Assembly (NCBI GenBank): GCA_009914755.4 | Contig: CP086569.2 | Coordinates: 1,728,001-1,792,000, forward strand | Source of the DNA: the human T2T-CHM13v2.0 reference genome, Homo sapiens | DNA: 64,000 nt | Reading direction: 5' to 3' | Shown: piece by piece, positions 1 to 18,384 of the stretch | Numbering within the stretch: position 1 is the stretch's first letter | How the letters are laid out: every line of letters begins with the position of its first letter | Notes under the pieces: generated by a model | The model's database searches: none | Told to the model about the DNA's origin: nothing | The model's input: the letters and a program-made list of their open reading frames with translations, nothing else | Translations under genes and position numbers: made by a program

Positions 1-159
1 CAGCAGGAAGATATCTGGAAAATGCCCACATATTTGGACACTAAAAAGTTATCAGCTAAATGACTCATGGGTCAGAGGAGAAGCAAGAAGGGAAATTTTG
101 AAATACTTTTAATTGAATGAAAATGAAATTATCAATGTATCAAAAATCGAGAAACATGG

Positions 160-542
<383 letters not shown>

Positions 543-559
543 CTATAATATATTCTAAT

Positions 560-2820
<2,261 letters not shown>

Positions 2821-2989
2821 GGGCCTCATTTTCCAAAGTCTTATCTTTCCTATGATGCTCTATTCATTTACAAGCATATATATATTTAAAAGGAAAACAT
2901 GGACATCCTGCACCCATCATTCTACAGCTTGTTTTTCATTTCCAATGCACTGAAGATTGCTTCATGGTTTTGTATACGGAAATGCGTAG

Positions 2990-3455
<466 letters not shown>

Positions 3456-3609
3456 TGTCATGAATATTTGTAGGGGAGAACTGGCTTTGAATTTGATATC
3501 CTTAAAGGTGAATGGAAATATAAACGGTAAATATAGTCTGACTGCTTCAACGTCCTGTCTTCAGAGGAGATGTGATTTTTTCACATCTGCCCTTTCATTC
3601 ATTCGTTTG

Positions 3610-4248
<639 letters not shown>

Positions 4249-4249
4249 G

Positions 4250-4530
4250 AGATGGAGTCTCACTCTGCCACTCAGAGCGGAATGCCGTGGTGCAATCTCA
4301 GTTCACTGAAACCTCTGCCTCCCGGGTTCAAGTGATTCTCCTATCTCAGTCTCCCGAGTAGCTGGGATTACAGGTGCGAGCCACCACGCCCAGCTAATTT
4401 TTGTATTTTTAGTAGAGATGGGGTTTTGCCATGTTGACCAGGCTGGTCTCGAACTCCTGACCTCAAGCAATCCTCCCACCTCGGCCTCCCAAAGTGATAG
4501 GATTACAGGTGTGAGCCTCCACGCCCAGCC
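4250..4530 (-). mobile_element. Alu (no poly-T head)
   Basis: Reverse-complement Alu consensus gagatggagtctcactctgcc...gagcctccacgcccagcc. Confidence 0.9.
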
Positions 4531-5000
4531 CCTCTTTTCTCCCTCTTTGTCTCTCTTTCCTTCTCCTTTTTCACTCTCTCAGTATTTCTCTTCTGTCTTT
4601 CCCCCACTCCCTCTCTCTCTCCTTTCTCTCTCCTTTCTCAGTCTCCTTTCTCTCTCTCTTTCCCTCTCCTTTCTCAGTCTCCTTTCTCTCTCTCTTTCCC
4701 TCTCCTTTCTCAGTCTCCTTTCTCTCTCTCTTTCCCTCTCCTTTCTCTCTCTCTTTCCCTCTCCTTTCTGACTCTCTCTTTCTCAGTATCTGTTTCCTCT
4801 CTCTCTTTTTCCCTCCTCTCCCTCTCTCTCTCTCTCAAAATCTCCCTCTTCCCCCTCTCACCCTCTCTCTTTCTTCCACCCTCTCTACCCCACTCTCCAT
4901 CTCTCCGTTTCTCTTCCTCTCTCCTTTTTTTTTCTCTCTCTCCTCTGTCTTCTCCATGGCCCTTCTTCCCTCTCTCTCTTCCTCTCCTTCTCTCCACTTT
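4530..5000 (+). repeat. Polypyrimidine (CT-rich) tract containing an approx. 36-bp minisatellite (about 4 copies, 4610-4790)
   Basis: Unit tctcctttctcagtctcctttctctctctctttccc recurs with a 36-bp period; the ORF at 4418-4771 is an artifact of it. Confidence 0.9.
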
Positions 5001-5567
5001 TCTCTCATACCCAGCCCTCAACAGAAACCACCACACTATGCACTGTCTGGCAATCCATATCCCCAAATCTTTATTCTCCTCTTGAGAGCAGCTTCTGAAT
5101 TCTATTAGGTCCATCTCTCTACATCCTTTTACTTTCTTATCTCTGTTCTTATCTCTCTCTATTTTCTGAGCCACCGACGTCAGGGTAACTCAGCAGATCA
5201 GGCTGTGAGATACTGAGATACCCACGGCAAAGGGAACGTGAAATGAGATGGGATCAAAACCCAGAACCGTCCGTCACTAACACCGTTCACTTCTCTGCAT
5301 AGCTCTGTCTTGTCTCCTCAAAGTGAGGACACAGGGAGAGAGACACTGTCGTGCAGCTTTTAAGAATTCAGGGTTGAGATTCTGATGCATCTGGGAGGGG
5401 CCTGCTTGCAGGTGAAGTCAGTTGTTGGTGACAACGTGGCCGTGGGCTGGCCGGGATGATGGTAGCGTACACCTGCAAAGTTTGCTGTAAGAATTAAGAG
5501 ATAATACCTGGAAGGATGCATGCAACAGGTGCTTAGCTGAATGCCTACAAACACTGTCTATAGTTAG

Positions 5568-5900
<333 letters not shown>

Positions 5901-5919
5901 AGTATCCCTTTTATTGTCA

Positions 5920-6305
5920 TCTAACAACAACGTGTTTCTTTAACCTGCCCTGTGACCTGCAGAGTGAAATGGAACGATGCTTATCTGGGCTGAATCACAT
6001 ATCAGAGCTCGATTCCTTTTCATGGCTGCATAATATTCCACGGTACAGATAAACCACATTGTGAGTATCCAGTCATCCACTGTTGGACATTTGGGTCATT
6101 TCCAGGGGCTGAGGGGTGAGGGGAAGGGGGGTGCCTGCAAATGGGAATGGGTTCTCCTCTGGGGGTGCCAGAAATGTTGTGGAACTGGATACAGGGGGTG
6201 ATCCCACAACATCATGAACGCAGTAAATGCCACTGAATTGTTCAGTATAAAATGGTTAAAATGGTAAATTGTGTGTTTTGTGTATTTTACCACCATTAAA
6301 AACCT
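5920..6305 (+). mobile_element. Old L1 3' end (ORF2 C-terminus joined to 3'UTR, internally deleted)
   Basis: Matches ...ggctgcataatattcc..., ...ccactgttggacatttggg..., and the L1 3'UTR motifs ...tgccactgaattgt...aaatggttaaaatggtaaatt...taccaccattaaaaa. Confidence 0.7.
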
Positions 6306-6319
6306 CTCAGATTTTGTTG

Positions 6320-6610
<291 letters not shown>

Positions 6611-6815
6611 TTTAGCTCTTTTTGTATTTTCTCTCCCTTTGACATAAATCTCCAGGCACGTCATTGGCACACCTGTATCACGTGTGTTTCTGTTTTTCTG
6701 CTTGCTTTAAGGTCAACCCTAGCTCCCGTTTTTGTCTGTTTATTTCTTTGTTTTTCCTGTTTCATTCTTGCACCAGTGAAAATTCTCATTAAGTGAATCC
6801 TCACTCTCCTTTTCA

Positions 6816-7175
<360 letters not shown>

Positions 7176-7242
7176 CAGAATACCTGTTAGTAACTGGCCT
7201 AATTACCCTTCTCACAGTAGATGCAAACTCTGCCCTTATGTC

Positions 7243-7535
7243 TTTTTTGAAACCGAGTCTTGCTCTGTCGTCCAGGCTGAAATGCAGTGGTATGATCTCG
7301 GCTCACTGCAACCTCTCCCTCCCAGGTTCAAGCAATTCTCCCACCATAGCCTCCTGAGTAGCTGGAGGGTAGTACAGGCATGCACCACCATGCCTAGCTA
7401 ATTTTTGTATTTTTTAGTAGAGACGAGGTTTCACCATGTTGGTCAGGCTGGTCTTGAACGCCTGACCTCAGGTGATCCGCAGGCATCGGCCTCCCAAAGT
7501 GCTGGGATTACAGGCGTGAGCCACCACATCCGGCC
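7243..7535 (-). mobile_element. Alu
   Basis: Reverse-complement Alu consensus ending gagccaccacatccggcc. Confidence 0.95.
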
Positions 7536-7569
7536 CTCTGTCCTTATTTCTGTTTTTGTTTATGTTGTT

Positions 7570-8042
<473 letters not shown>

Positions 8043-8289
8043 AGGTATTTCTTTATAACAGGCTGAGAACTGACAAATACAGTCTCCTAAAGGCAGGCCT
8101 GGGCCCCATACAACATGCCACCTTGTGGGCTCACGGTGAAGCTTATATCATCACCGTGCTAACCTGAGCCGTTTCACTAGACATGTTAACAGTCATAGCT
8201 ACAGGTATCTGCAAACTGTACATCCCTGTCTTCATATTCAGGAAGCTCCCACATCGCCAAGCATCCTTTGCCCCAGGAAGAAATAGTAA

Positions 8290-8586
<297 letters not shown>

Positions 8587-9019
8587 GTAAACACACTTTT
8601 ACAAATAAACTTTAATTTTCTCCCTTTCTTCTTTGTTTCTGTTTCTCAGTGCCCTCTGTCTGTATTTTTTTTTTTTTTTTCCATAGCTGCCACCCTGGAG
8701 TCTTTCATTTCATCCTCGGCTTTTCTTCTGTCAGTCTCATTCACTGAATCTGCCCTTTGCTTCTCCAGCCAGGGTTCTTCTCCTCCATGCTCTGTTTGTC
8801 ACATTCCTCTCGCTTCTGTTTTGATTTGTGTAACGGTGAAAATAGATGTGAGGTCGGGATTAGCTGCCCCTAATTCTGTTCAGGTGAACACCACTTATAT
8901 CTGCACTTCCCTTTTTCTCCGGAGGTCAGTCTTGCAGAGGAGAAAATGCAGGTTGGCTCAAAGATGCAATGTGAGTGTGACATTTCTTCTATACAAAAAA
9001 AAAAAAAAAAATCGTGTTT

Positions 9020-9115
9020 TGCTTGAACCTGGGAGGCAGAGGTTGCAGTAAGCCAAGAAGGCGCCACTGCACTCCAGCCTGGGCAACAGAGTGAGACTCC
9101 ATCTAAAAAAAAAAA
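9020..9115 (+). mobile_element. Alu 3' fragment
   Basis: ttgcttgaacctgggaggcagaggttgcagtaagcc...gcctgggcaacagagtgagactccatctaaaaaaaa. Confidence 0.85.
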
Positions 9116-9544
9116 TAGTGTTCTGAATATGAATAATGCCACCTGGTATGGGTGGCTAAATTACCCAAATTCACCCAATTGTTCACTAAAAGATGCTTTT
9201 CTCTTTTTTTTCCTGGTTTGACAGTATTGAGAGTGTAGTTTGAAAACAAAGAAGAGAACATGTTGCCTAAAGAGTGAAAGACAGGACAAGAGAGTTTGAA
9301 AATGGCACGGAAGAGCTTATCACAGTCGGACACTCATCTGAGGCTTCATTTCATCGAAAAGAAAATAGAAAAAGATAAAATAAAATAGAAAAAGAATTCC
9401 ATTCTCCATGATGTAATTATTCATACCTAGTATTCGATAGTACAACAGGGTGACTATTGTCAAAATAATTTAATTGCACATTTTAAGATAACTAAAAGAG
9501 TATGTATTAGTCCGTTTTCATGCTGCTGATAAAGACATACCCAA

Positions 9545-9855
9545 AGCCGGGTGCGGTGGCTCACGCCTGTAATCCCAGCACTTTGGGAGGCTGAGGTGGG
9601 CAGATCACCTGAGGTCAGGAGTTTGAGACCAGCCTGGCCAACATGGTGAAACCCCATCTCTACTAAAAATACAAAACTTAGCCAGGCGTGGTGGCCCATG
9701 CCTGTTATCCCAGCTAATCAGGAGGCTGAGGCTGGAGAATCACTTGAACATGGGTGGCAGAGGTGGCAGTGAGCTGAGATTGCACCACTGCAGTCCAGGC
9801 TGGGCAACAGAGTAAGACTTGGTCTCAAAAAAAAAAAAAAAAAAAAAAAAAAAAG
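9545..9855 (+). mobile_element. Alu inserted in the THE1 LTR (long poly-A)
   Basis: agccgggtgcggtggctcacgcctgtaatccc...gctgggcaacagagtaagac plus about 30 A's. Confidence 0.95.
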
Positions 9856-10129
9856 CATACCCTAGATTGGGTAATTTATTTAAAAAAAGAGACATACCCG
9901 AGACTGGGAAATTTATAAAGAAAATGAGGTTCCATGGACTCACAGTTCCACATGGCTGAGGAGGCCTCACAGTCATGGTGGAAGGAGAAAGGCACATCTT
10001 ACACGGTGGCAGGCAGAAGACAATGAGAGCCCAGTGAAAGCAGTTTCCCCTGATAAAACCATCAGATCTCATGAGACTTATTCACGACCTCCAGGACAGT
10101 CTGGGGGAAACCAGCCCCATGATTCATTT

Positions 10130-10430
10130 ATCTCCCACCCAGTCCCTCCCACAACACATGGGAATCATGGGAGCTACAATTCAAGATGAGATTTGGGTGG
10201 GGACACCACAACACATGGGAATCATGGGAGATGCAATTCAAGATGAGATTTGGTTGGGGACACCACAATACATGGGAATCATGGGAGATACAATTCAAGA
10301 TGAGATTTGGTTGGGGACACCACAATACATGGGAATCATGGGAGATACAATTCAAGATGAGATTTGGTTGGGGACACCACAATACATGGGAATCATGGGA
10401 GATACAATTCAAGATGAGATTTGAGTAGGG
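10130..10430 (+). repeat. 57-bp tandem repeat (about 5 copies) inside the THE1 LTR
   Basis: ccacaatacatgggaatcatgggagatacaattcaagatgagatttggttggggaca is repeated; the 19-aa repeats in the ORF track confirm the 57-bp period. Confidence 0.9.
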
Positions 10431-10864
10431 ACACAGCCAAATCATATTAGAGTATAATTGGATTGTTTGTAACACAAAGGATAAATGCTTGAGGGCATGC
10501 AAGCTCCATTCTCCACGATGTGATTATGAAGCATTGCATGCTTGTATCAAAACATCCTCTCTGCACGGTGCATTGAACATGAATTATGCCATGTTGACTG
10601 TGTGTGATATCTGATGTATACAAAAACGGAGGTCAAGGCCCAAACACTGGGAGCACCAATGTCCAAGAGCATGAGAAGCTGGAGGTCCCGGTTCCAGGTA
10701 AGGAAAAGAGAATATAGTCTCCCTTCATCTGCATTTTCATTCTCTGCAAATCCCTCAGTGGAGAGGACAGTACCCATCCCCATTGGTGAGGGTGGTCTTT
10801 ACTCAGTCTACCTATTGAAATGCTCATCTCTTCCCAAAACACCCTCGCAGACACACCCAGTCTG

Positions 10865-11100
10865 GGTGTGAAAAATGGGAGTTGAACAATGAGAACACAT
10901 GGACACAGGGAGGGGAACATCACACACCAGGGCCTGCCGGGGGGTGGGGGGATAGGGGAGGGAGAGCATTAGGAGAAATACCTAATGTAGATGACAGGTT
11001 GATGGGTGCAGCAAACCACCATGGCACATGTATACCTGTGTAACAAACCTGCACGTTTTGCCCATGTACCCCAGAACTTAAAGCATAATAATAATAAAAT
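10865..11100 (+). mobile_element. L1 (L1PA-like) 3' end and 3'UTR
   Basis: gggagttgaacaatgagaacacatggacacagggagggg...ggtgcagcaaaccaccatggcacatgtatacc...cagaacttaaag. Confidence 0.85.
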
Positions 11101-11689
11101 CTCACGCACCCTAAATATATACAACCTACTATATATCCACACAACATATACATAAATATATACACCTACCATGTACCCACAAAAGATAAAAATTTTAAAA
11201 CACAAAGAGAAAGGAAACAGTGAAAATCAACAGACAGAGGTAAGAGACAACCTCCTATTCAGTGTTGCCGTGGTTCAGTAGAAAAATCCGTCTCACTTCA
11301 GGGCTGGAGAGACCCTCAGGGTCATCCATCATAGCCCACGGAGGTGCCATAAAAAATAATACTCAGGGATCTTCATCTTCAATAAATAAAGACTCTCTTT
11401 ACCTTTCCGAGGTTGTAAAGAATCTTCAATGGACCGTGCCTTTCTCTTGGAAGTATCTTGGGTCTTCGCTGTCGAATTCCTAGGTCATGGAAGAAATTGT
11501 GTGAAAGGTAGAAGGTAAATTTTATTCTGGAATATAGGGTCCAGGAAAGGGGCTGGGGGCCTCATGAATCATCTGAAATTAGGTGCAAAACTTTGCACGT
11601 ATGAGTATGTCTGCACCATGTCTAGATGGAGGGCTCTGAGCTTTCATCACATGTGGAAAGAGGTCTCAGAAAGCAAGCAAGAAAGAAAG

Positions 11690-12560
11690 CAAGCAAGAGT
11701 GAAAGAGGGGGTAGGGAGGGAAGGAGGAGGATGGGGGAGGAGCGAAAGAAACAGAAAGAAAGAAGGGAAAAAGAAAGAAAAAGAAGAAAGAAGGAAGGAA
11801 AGAAAGAAAGAAAGCAAGAAAGAAAGAGAAAAGAAAAGAAAGAAAGGAAGGAGGGAAGGAGGGAAAGAAGGAAGGAAAGAAGGAAAGAAGGAAGGAAGAG
11901 ACAAAAGAAAAAAGGAAGGAAGGTAAAGAAAAAGAGAAAAGGAAAGAAGGAAGGAAAAGAGGAAACAAAAAAGGAAGGAAGGAAAGAAGGAAAAGCAAAA
12001 GAGGAAGGAAAAGAAAAGGAAGGAAGGAAAGAAAAGGAAAAGAGGGAAGGAAGGAAGAGAGGAAACATAAAAGGAAGGAAGGAAAGAAGGAAAAGAAAAA
12101 GAGGGAAGGAAGGAAGGAAAAGAGGAAACATAAAAGGAAGGAAGGAAAGAAGGAAAATAAGAGGAAGGAAGGAAGGAAAGAAGGAGTGAAGGAGGGAGGG
12201 AGGGAAGGAGGAAGGGAGGGAAGGAAGGAAGGAAGGAGCGAGAGAAGGAAGGAAGGAGCGAGAGAAGGAAGGAAGGACAGAGCAAGAGAAGGAAGGAAGG
12301 AGCGAGAGAAGGAAGGAAGGACAGAGCAAGAGAAGGAAGGAAGGAGCGAGAGAAGGAAGGAAGGAGCGAGAGAAGGAAGGAAGGACAGAGCAAGAGAAGG
12401 AAGGAAGGAGCGAGAGAAGGAAGGAAGGAGCGAGAGAAGGAAGGAAGGACAGAGCAAGAGAAGGAAGGAAGGAGCGAGAGAAGGAAGGAAGGAATGAAGG
12501 AATGAAGGAAGGAAGGAAGGAAGGGAGGCAAGGAGGGAAGGGAAGGGAAGGAAGGGATGG
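11690..12560 (+). repeat. Polypurine GA-rich (GGAA/GAAA) tract with 20-24-bp minisatellite units (agcgagag aaggaaggaagg)
   Basis: (aaggaaggaaggagcgagag)n with acagagcaagag variants at 12225-12490; the 294-331-aa ORFs on the opposite strand are low-complexity artifacts. Confidence 0.9.
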
Positions 12561-13180
12561 CGAAAGAAACAGAGAAATAAAAAGAAAGAGAAAATTTGAG
12601 GCTTCATAGAGAAGCAAGGGACTCTTGTCTGACCTTGGACCATGGGCTGATGTAAATATGGCTTCTCCCTTTCTTTCTCACAGGCAAATACGGCTGATTT
12701 CCCAGATGTTAGATTCCACTTCGGATTAAGGGCTGTTTCCTAGTAGCCTGTTGTGAAAATACAATCCACAGAGTGTAAATGAGCAAATTTTTAGAGTTTT
12801 CCTAAAGATCCCTACTTGTTATTTTACTAACAACTCCTGCTCCAAAGCACTGCTTGGCGAATCTCATGAAGTTCAGCTGGATCTGAAAGCAACTGAAATT
12901 CCCACAGTTTGGGGAAAAGGGGCTGTTATCAGGGCGTTGTGGGTTTCGTACATAGTCGGGATAGATGCAATTATGGCATCCCGATTACTTGTTATCCATT
13001 ACAGTTAGTTCAGCATCGTGACTAACGATTGATTTAGTGTTCAGTATGGTATTTGGTTAGCAACACTGTGTGCAGTAAGTTGTAAATACTGCTTTCAGCA
13101 TGATTTGGGCTAAAAGGATGTAGTCACTGTTTTCCAATTCAAATACAAATCACAAAAATGTGACCTCAGCATGGTGTTGA

Positions 13181-13449
<269 letters not shown>

Positions 13450-13561
13450 TAATATTATTATTTATGTAAGTAATTTGTGAACATATCCAACTTTGAAATG
13501 TGTAATATTATATAAAGTTAAGCACCTCTTTTTTTGTCACCAGACAATGTCGTCATTCAGT

Positions 13562-13846
13562 AGGAAATGCTATTTTGAGATGTGTGTGCATGTGTGTGCG
13601 TGTGTACACACACAGTTTGTACACATAGATGTGTATACACTCAAACTGCGCATATGATATGTGTGTCTACAAATACATATTACTAACTCTATACGTCTGT
13701 ATATATTTTTCTGTACATGTGAGACATATATAATATATATAATTATTAATAAGTGCTTATAGCAACATAGATTGCTTTTGTAAGTTTTGTAGATAAATTG
13801 TATCATATGGAGTATTTCGCAACTTGAATTATTTTTACTCCATAAT
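13562..13846. repeat. Source-like copy of a duplicated approx. 300-bp segment ((TG)n-containing unique sequence); pairs with 20667-20969
   Basis: About 93-95% identity to 20667-20969, including ...tactaactctatacgtctgtatatatttttctgtacatgtgagacatatataatatatataattattaataagtgcttatagcaacatagattgc... Confidence 0.85.
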
Positions 13847-13987
13847 ATATTTGCAATCTCAATACGTTGAACAAGTTGACCTGGTTGATTCTGTGGTTCT
13901 TCACACATTTCTGTTTAATGATGGTACAGGGAATTGAACACTGACCTCTTACATCATCCTCAAACAGTTTTACTTTTACTGTTGTAG

Positions 13988-14500
<513 letters not shown>

Positions 14501-14521
14501 TAATTCTATTTTTCTTTATTA

Positions 14522-14677
<156 letters not shown>

Positions 14678-15059
14678 CTATTGATCTCACTTACCCCACA
14701 GAACAGTCCTGACTTCCTTCCTAGCTGCAGGAGGGAAATTGTGGAGAGCAGCCGTCTCCCATCCTTGGAGCTGTTTCCCTAAGTAAATCATGAGGCCACT
14801 TTTGCAGGAAATCCACACGCTGCCGGGAAGAGCTGATACAACTAAATTGAGAAAGCTCTTGGCTTCTGGTGACTCACAGCTGACTGACTGTTCCTTCCCC
14901 CTGAGCAATGAAGGTGAGTGCGGTGGGTGCTGTCCCGCTGGAATCACACAGTAGTGTCTGCCAGACACAGAGATGGAAGGGCGGATTGCTTCAGGAGCTT
15001 CCTGGGGTTCCTGCAAAAAAATGCCATAAATTCGGTGGCTAACACTACAAGAATCTATG

Positions 15060-16030
15060 CTCTCCCAGTCCTGGAAGCTGGTAGTCTCAGATCAAGGTAT
15101 CTCAAGGACATGCTCCCTCCAGAGACTCTAGGGGAGGGTCCTTTCTGCCTCTGCCAGCTCCTGGGGGCTCCAGGTGTCCCTGGGCTTGTGGGTGCGTCAC
15201 TTTAGTCTCTGCCTCTGTCTCCACATGGCCTTCTCCTCTGTGTCTGTCTCCTTTCTGTCTCTTAGAAGGACATCTGTCATTGATTTAGGGACCACACAGA
15301 TAATTCAGGATGATCTCATCTTAAGGTCCTTTATTTAGTTACATCTGCAAACACCCCTTTTTCAAATAAGGTCTCAGTCACAGATTCTGAGGATCAGGAC
15401 ATGGACATACCTTTTTGGGGGATCACAGTTCAATCTACTTCACTTGTATCCAGTTCCCTCCAGAGGCTCTCAGGGAGGGTCCTTCCTGCCTCTCCCAGCT
15501 CCTGGGGGCTCCAGGTGTCCCTGTGCTTGTGGCCACATCACTCCAGTCTCTGCCTCCATCTCCATGCGGCCTTACCCTCTGTGTCTGTTCTCCTCCTCTG
15601 TCTGTTATAGAGACAGCAATGATTGGATTCATGGTCCATCTAATGCAGGATGATCTCATCTTAAAATATTTTACTACTTGCATCTGCAAGGATCTTATTT
15701 CAAAGTAAGCTCCCATTCACAAGTTCTGGGGGTGAGGGTGTGGACATATCTTTCTGGTGGACAATAGTTGAATTCATTACAATTTCATTTAGCCTTCTCT
15801 AGAGGCTCTAGGGGAGGGTCCTTCCTGCCTCTCCCAGCTCCTGGGGGCTCCAGGCATCCCTGGGCTTGTGGCCGCATCACTCCAGTCTCTGCCTCCGTCT
15901 CCATGTGGCCTCATCCTCTGTGTCTCCTCTTCTGTCTTTTAGAAGGACATCTGTCGTTGTATTTAGGACCCACCCTAATCCAGGATGATCTCATCTTAAG
16001 TTAGTTTCACCTGCAAAAAAAAAAAAAAAA
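15060..16030 (+). mobile_element. Ancient LTR-type repeat (MaLR/MLT1-like) with its 3' portion tandemly triplicated (units at about 15100, 15440 and 15790)
   Basis: The motif ccagaggctctaggggagggtcc...cagctcctgggggctccagg...cttgtgg...tcactccagtctctgcctcc...cttagaaggacatctgtc...aggatgatctcatcttaag appears three times. Confidence 0.55.
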
Positions 16031-16369
16031 TTGTTTCCAAACAGGGTTTCACTCGTAGGTACTGGGACTCAGGATTTGCACCCCTTCTGTTTGCCACGAT
16101 CCTTTATCTCTTCAGCATCCAGCAGCCTGCTGCACACTGCTGTGGACTAATAAAGGCATGAGGGAGACGATCGGAGAAAGAGAATACGGCAGAAGTGTGA
16201 GTCAGACTCCGGGGGCGATGGAACGGTGGAGATGCAGAAATGCAAATTTGCAAATTCGTGTACCCATTTGCTTTGCCCTGGAGCCCAGCGCAGAGCTGGG
16301 GAAGGCAGCTCCGCGGAAGGCAGAGCCCTGCTCTGCCTGGGGTGAGCTCATGGAAGCATTCCAGAAAAC

Positions 16370-16600
16370 AGTGATTAGGCACCTACTGTGTATCAGGCAC
16401 CATGGAGGTCCTCAGAACGCAAGAGTGAGCCAAGTGCGTCCACAGGCTGAGAAGGTAGATGATGGCAAAGGGCGTCAACACCTCTGGGCTGGGGACAGGC
16501 TTAAAATTGGGGAAGAGACTCAGGGGGCCTTGAGCATCATCTGGTATCACACAGGCACCCTAGAGAGAGAAGGTGAGTTGGAGATGTTTCTCATTTAGAA
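16370..16600 (+). mobile_element. Possible MIR-like fragment
   Basis: ggcacctactgtgtatcaggcaccatgg resembles the MIR core gcacctactatgtgccaggcactgt. Confidence 0.3.
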
Positions 16601-17004
16601 AAATAAACTGAGGTCTCTCGGCCAGCACGCATTTAATTTTACATAAACATGTTCCATCATAAATCTAACTGATTTTCAACATGAACGTAAAATATAAAAC
16701 CTGCTCTAGGATTTATTTCTAAAAAGACGTTACATCAGAATCGCCTGAATCATCAGACTCATCTGGTTTGGAAAAATTGGATTCATCCAACAAACCTTCA
16801 GCCAACAACTGTTGTAGAACGATGTTAATATCACATGCGGCAATGATATGTTTTCTAGGATTCGACATTTTCAGCGATCGAGAATGATTATATTTCAAAT
16901 GGAAATACCACTATTAAGACAGAATGGTATAAATAGGATGACGTCTTCCGTTTCCAAAGTTGACATATTAGAATGATGAGAAAATAATCATAAAAATGAG
17001 ATAC

Positions 17005-17290
17005 TGAGGCTGAGCACGGTGGTCATCCCAGCACTTTGGGAAGCCGAGGTGGACGGATCACCTGAGGTCAGGAGTTCAAGACCAGCCTGGCCAAGACGGT
17101 GAAACCCCATCTCTACTAAAAATACAAAAATTAGCCCGACGTGGTGGCGGGCGCCTGTAATCCCAGCTACTGGGAAGGCTGAGGCAGGTGAATTGCTTGA
17201 ACCCAGGAGGCGGAGGTTGCAGGGAGCCGAGATCACAACCATTGCACTCCAGCCTGGGTGACAGAGCGAGGATCCATCTCAAAAAAAACA
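17005..17290 (+). mobile_element. Alu (5' slightly truncated)
   Basis: gctgagcacggtggtcatcccagcactttgggaagccgagg...cagcctgggtgacagagcgagg...aaaaaaaa. Confidence 0.9.
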
Positions 17291-17908
17291 AAAGATACGT
17301 GTGGCAGTGTTATCTCAGAGTAAATGCTGCTGCCACAAGTACAGCCCGTGAGTATTCTCGGGGCAAACAGGAAGAGGGTTGAAGCTAGAGAGACACTCGC
17401 TCTTCCCACCACCTCTTAATGTCCTATTTGTGCTTCAAGGACACTCGGTCCCTTGTTATATCCATAAATCCCTTCTCCTCCCAGCCCAGCAGTGAGGGCC
17501 CCATTGCCCATTACCTATCTATAGGGAACCAGCCCTGCAGGCATGCAGAGACCCCTGAGACAGTCTTCCTCATGTCCCCTCATCATAGCCCCAAAAGCTA
17601 ACACCCAGGGATGGGCTGTAACCCGCTTGAGGTTAGAAGGTCACTGACGTTACAGGAGTCCGCACTGACACCCAGGGGCCCTGACTCCTGGCACGCTGGA
17701 TATTGTTGAGAGGCAGAGGCTGCTCTGGGACACACCTGTTCTTACCTGGTCCCCAGGATCCGGGTCTTTTGAACAGGGCTGCTTTGCACGATACCCTCAG
17801 GTACCTGCCTCCCACGGCTCTGTCCTTCTCAGATGGCTCAGGGCTGTGGTTCCTGGGAAAAGCTTCGGGATGAGGTTTCCTGCCATGTTTCCCCATGGGT
17901 CAGAATAA

Positions 17909-18330
<422 letters not shown>

Positions 18331-18384
18331 CCTAGGTATGTTCGTTTAACAATACCGTAGGGTATACTTAAATATTTGTTAGGC

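Larger units (their letters stand above)
9495..10455 (-). mobile_element. THE1-type MaLR LTR, interrupted by the Alu at 9545-9855 and carrying an internal 57-bp tandem expansion
   Basis: Begins tgtattagtccgttttcatgctgctgataaagacataccc (reverse complement of the THE1 3' end) and ends ...acaattcaagatgagatttgagtagggacacagccaaatcata (reverse complement of the THE1 5' end). Confidence 0.8.

Noticed and set aside
11622-12643. 294-331-aa ORFs on the minus strand and 187-aa Lys/Glu/Arg-rich ORF on the plus strand
   Set aside because: They lie over the GGAA/GAAA polypurine tract. These are low-complexity artifacts.
16158-16598. 146-aa ORF (MRETIGEREY...) in unique sequence
   Set aside because: It has no recognisable domain and no flanking splice signals. 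The 3' half overlaps a MIR-like fragment. It is treated as a chance ORF.
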